Translations under genes and position numbers: made by a program
The notes under the pieces: generated by a model
Seen by the model: the letters and a program-made list of their open reading frames with translations, nothing else
Database searches by the model: none
Told to the model about the DNA's origin: nothing
Assembly: GCA_001600815.1 (NCBI GenBank)
Contig: BCKZ01000009.1
Coordinates: 848,803-912,802, forward strand
Source: Alloascoidea hylecoeti
Taxonomy: Eukaryota
Direction: 5' to 3'
DNA: 64,000 nt
Part shown: piece by piece, positions 62,089-64,000 of the stretch
Layout: the number at the start of each line of letters is the position of its first letter
Numbering within the stretch: position 1 is the first letter of the stretch

Positions 62089-64000
62089 CTAATCACTAGT
62101 ATTATCATCTTCAATACATTCAACAAATTCAGGAACTTTACAAACAATTTGTTCCAATCTTAAATAAGCAATTTTAATAAATTCACAACCTCTTGCTCTT
62201 AATTTTAAAAACCATCTATAATCTTGTACTAAATTTTTATATTCAATTGAATCTTCAACATTTATAGCTAATTGAACCATTGATATTGTAAAAGTACCAA
62301 CAAATAATAAATTATCAGTTGTTGATGAATGCCAAAAACCTTCTAAATGGCAAGGTTTAAAAGATAAAATTAAATTAATTGTTTTTTTAATTTCATTTTT
62401 ACAATTTAAATGATAATTTTTAATTAATTGAATTGAATCATTTGATTTTATTGATTGAATTAATCTTTTTAAAATATATAAATTTGCAATATGATATTGT
62501 AAAAATAAAAATCCAGTTGAATAAATTTTTTGATTTTTTTCTACTATTGATGATGTTGATGATATTGATGATAATGTTAATATTATTGATGCTGGTAAAT
62601 TATTATACCAGTATTTTAATTTTTTAAATAAAATTTCAGATATTGGTATTAAAGATTTTAAATCTGTTTTTAATTTTAAAGAATTTAAACAAAATAATTC
62701 AGAAATCATTTCATCTATAATTATACTTAAATTAATCATATGAAGAAAAGTTAATTTACCTAATTTTTCATCATCATCATCATCATCATCCATAATTCTT
62801 GATAATTTTTCATTATTATTAGAATTTGAAATTGAAGAATAATTTGGGAATTGATTTAAATCATTTATATTTAATTTTGAAGTTATAAAATTTTTATCAA
62901 TTATTAAATGAATTGGTCTTGATTCATTTAATGCTAACCATTTTTCTTCACAATATAAAGACCATTCAATTCTTTTTCTTAAACCAATTTCCCAATTTGG
63001 TATATTCCATTTTAAACATTCTAATCCTAAACCTAAAATTTGAGAAATTGAAATTAATTGATTACATATAATCCATTTTGATGGATTATTAATTAAAAAT
63101 TGTAATAATAATAAACCAGATTGTAATGTACTTAATTTTGATTTTTGTAAATTTTTTTCAAATAATTCTAAAGTTTTTTGGAAAAGTTTTTTAAAATTTG
63201 GTTTTTTAAATTGATATTTTAATAATTTTAAATCATAATCCCAATAATTTAAAGAAATTAAATATATAATTGATAATAATGATGATGATATTTCACGATG
63301 AGTTCGTTTGTATTTTTCAATTAATACTGATTTATTTAAAATTGGATAAAATGGATGAATAAATTTAAAATATAAATTGAAAAGAATTGAACCAAATGGT
63401 GCAACTAATTTTTCAATTATATCACAATCATTAATTTCTTCAAGTATTAAATTTTTATTAATTTTTTCATCAAAATTATCATTATCAAAATCAAAATCAT
63501 AATTATTTTGATTTTGATTTTGATTATGATCTGGTTGTTGTTCTAAATAATCATTACGTAATTGGAAATAAACATTATCATCAACTTTTCTAATATCCAA
63601 TTTTGGAGATATTTTAATTTCATTATCATTATCATTATCATTATCATTATCATTATCATTATCATTTAAATTTAAATTTGAATTAAATTGAAATTTATTT
63701 AAAAATAATAAATCAAATAAAGAATTTGAACCAATAATTGAACTTGATTTTGAAAATTGTAAAGCTAAAGATTGTTTTAGTAAAGATTTACCAGGATATT
63801 GTTGATAGTCAGTAATTGGATTAATATTTGAAATTTTAGATTGTTCATATTTTCCTTCACCAGATTTTTTCCTTGTTAACATGATTTCATTTGATTTTGA
63901 TTTTTTTAAATGGATTTTTTTCGGTGCATTTGCATTTACATTTACGTTTGAAGTTGCATTTGGATGTGCGCTTGAAGTTTGATTTACATATGAGGTTGTG
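62089..64000 (-). CDS. Fungal-specific transcription factor (Zn-cluster middle homology region, Dal81/TamA-like); 5' end probably outside the window
   Basis: LYFKFIHPFYPILNK, KLSTLQSGLLLLQ, LGLGLEC..W.IP.WEIGLRKR..WSLY.EEKW.AL...RP; Asn/Asp low-complexity tracts. Confidence 0.85.
   Translation of the reverse strand, partial: TTSYVNQTSSAHPNATSNVNVNANAPKKIHLKKSKSNEIMLTRKKSGEGKYEQSKISNINPITDYQQYPGKSLLKQSLALQFSKSSSIIGSNSLFDLLFLNKFQFNSNLNLNDNDNDNDNDNDNDNEIKISPKLDIRKVDDNVYFQLRNDYLEQQPDHNQNQNQNNYDFDFDNDNFDEKINKNLILEEINDCDIIEKLVAPFGSILFNLYFKFIHPFYPILNKSVLIEKYKRTHREISSSLLSIIYLISLNYWDYDLKLLKYQFKKPNFKKLFQKTLELFEKNLQKSKLSTLQSGLLLLQFLINNPSKWIICNQLISISQILGLGLECLKWNIPNWEIGLRKRIEWSLYCEEKWLALNESRPIHLIIDKNFITSKLNINDLNQFPNYSSISNSNNNEKLSRIMDDDDDDDEKLGKLTFLHMINLSIIIDEMISELFCLNSLKLKTDLKSLIPISEILFKKLKYWYNNLPASIILTLSSISSTSSIVEKNQKIYSTGFLFLQYHIANLYILKRLIQSIKSNDSIQLIKNYHLNCKNEIKKTINLILSFKPCHLEGFWHSSTTDNLLFVGTFTISMVQLAINVEDSIEYKNLVQDYRWFLKLRARGCEFIKIAYLRLEQIVCKVPEFVECIEDDNTSD

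Overview
AT-rich fungal nuclear DNA, most likely an intron-rich budding yeast (short GT..AG introns with CTAAC-type branch points close to the acceptor; taxonomy is inference). Gene-dense blocks of conserved genes lie at 0-10.3 kb (SMC4 fragment, STI1, carboxylesterase, YPL162C-like, SPE2, MTG1), 39.3-45.3 kb (FMP42, SCS2, DES1, EHD3) and 53.5-59 kb (RVB2, ENV7, RBD2, NSL1). A 29-kb gene-poor island (10.4-39.2 kb) holds only three recognisable genes (Zn2Cys6 factor, DAL5-like permease, DHA2 MFS pump) among decayed retrotransposon and DNA-transposon fragments. It also holds three long inverted repeats. Two of them carry inward-facing TATA boxes, and one duplicates a TATA + leader + ATG cassette on both sides of a 311-bp spacer (candidate hairpin/siRNA locus or flip switch). 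A second accessory zone (45.6-53.4 kb and 59.5-62 kb) contains Tc1 and pogo relics and three copies (intact, pseudogene, 3' fragment) of a divergent intronless F-box/WD40 gene linked to a ~240-280 bp direct repeat. SPE2 has a spliced 16-codon uORF. All family assignments are by-eye motif recognition; no searches were run.
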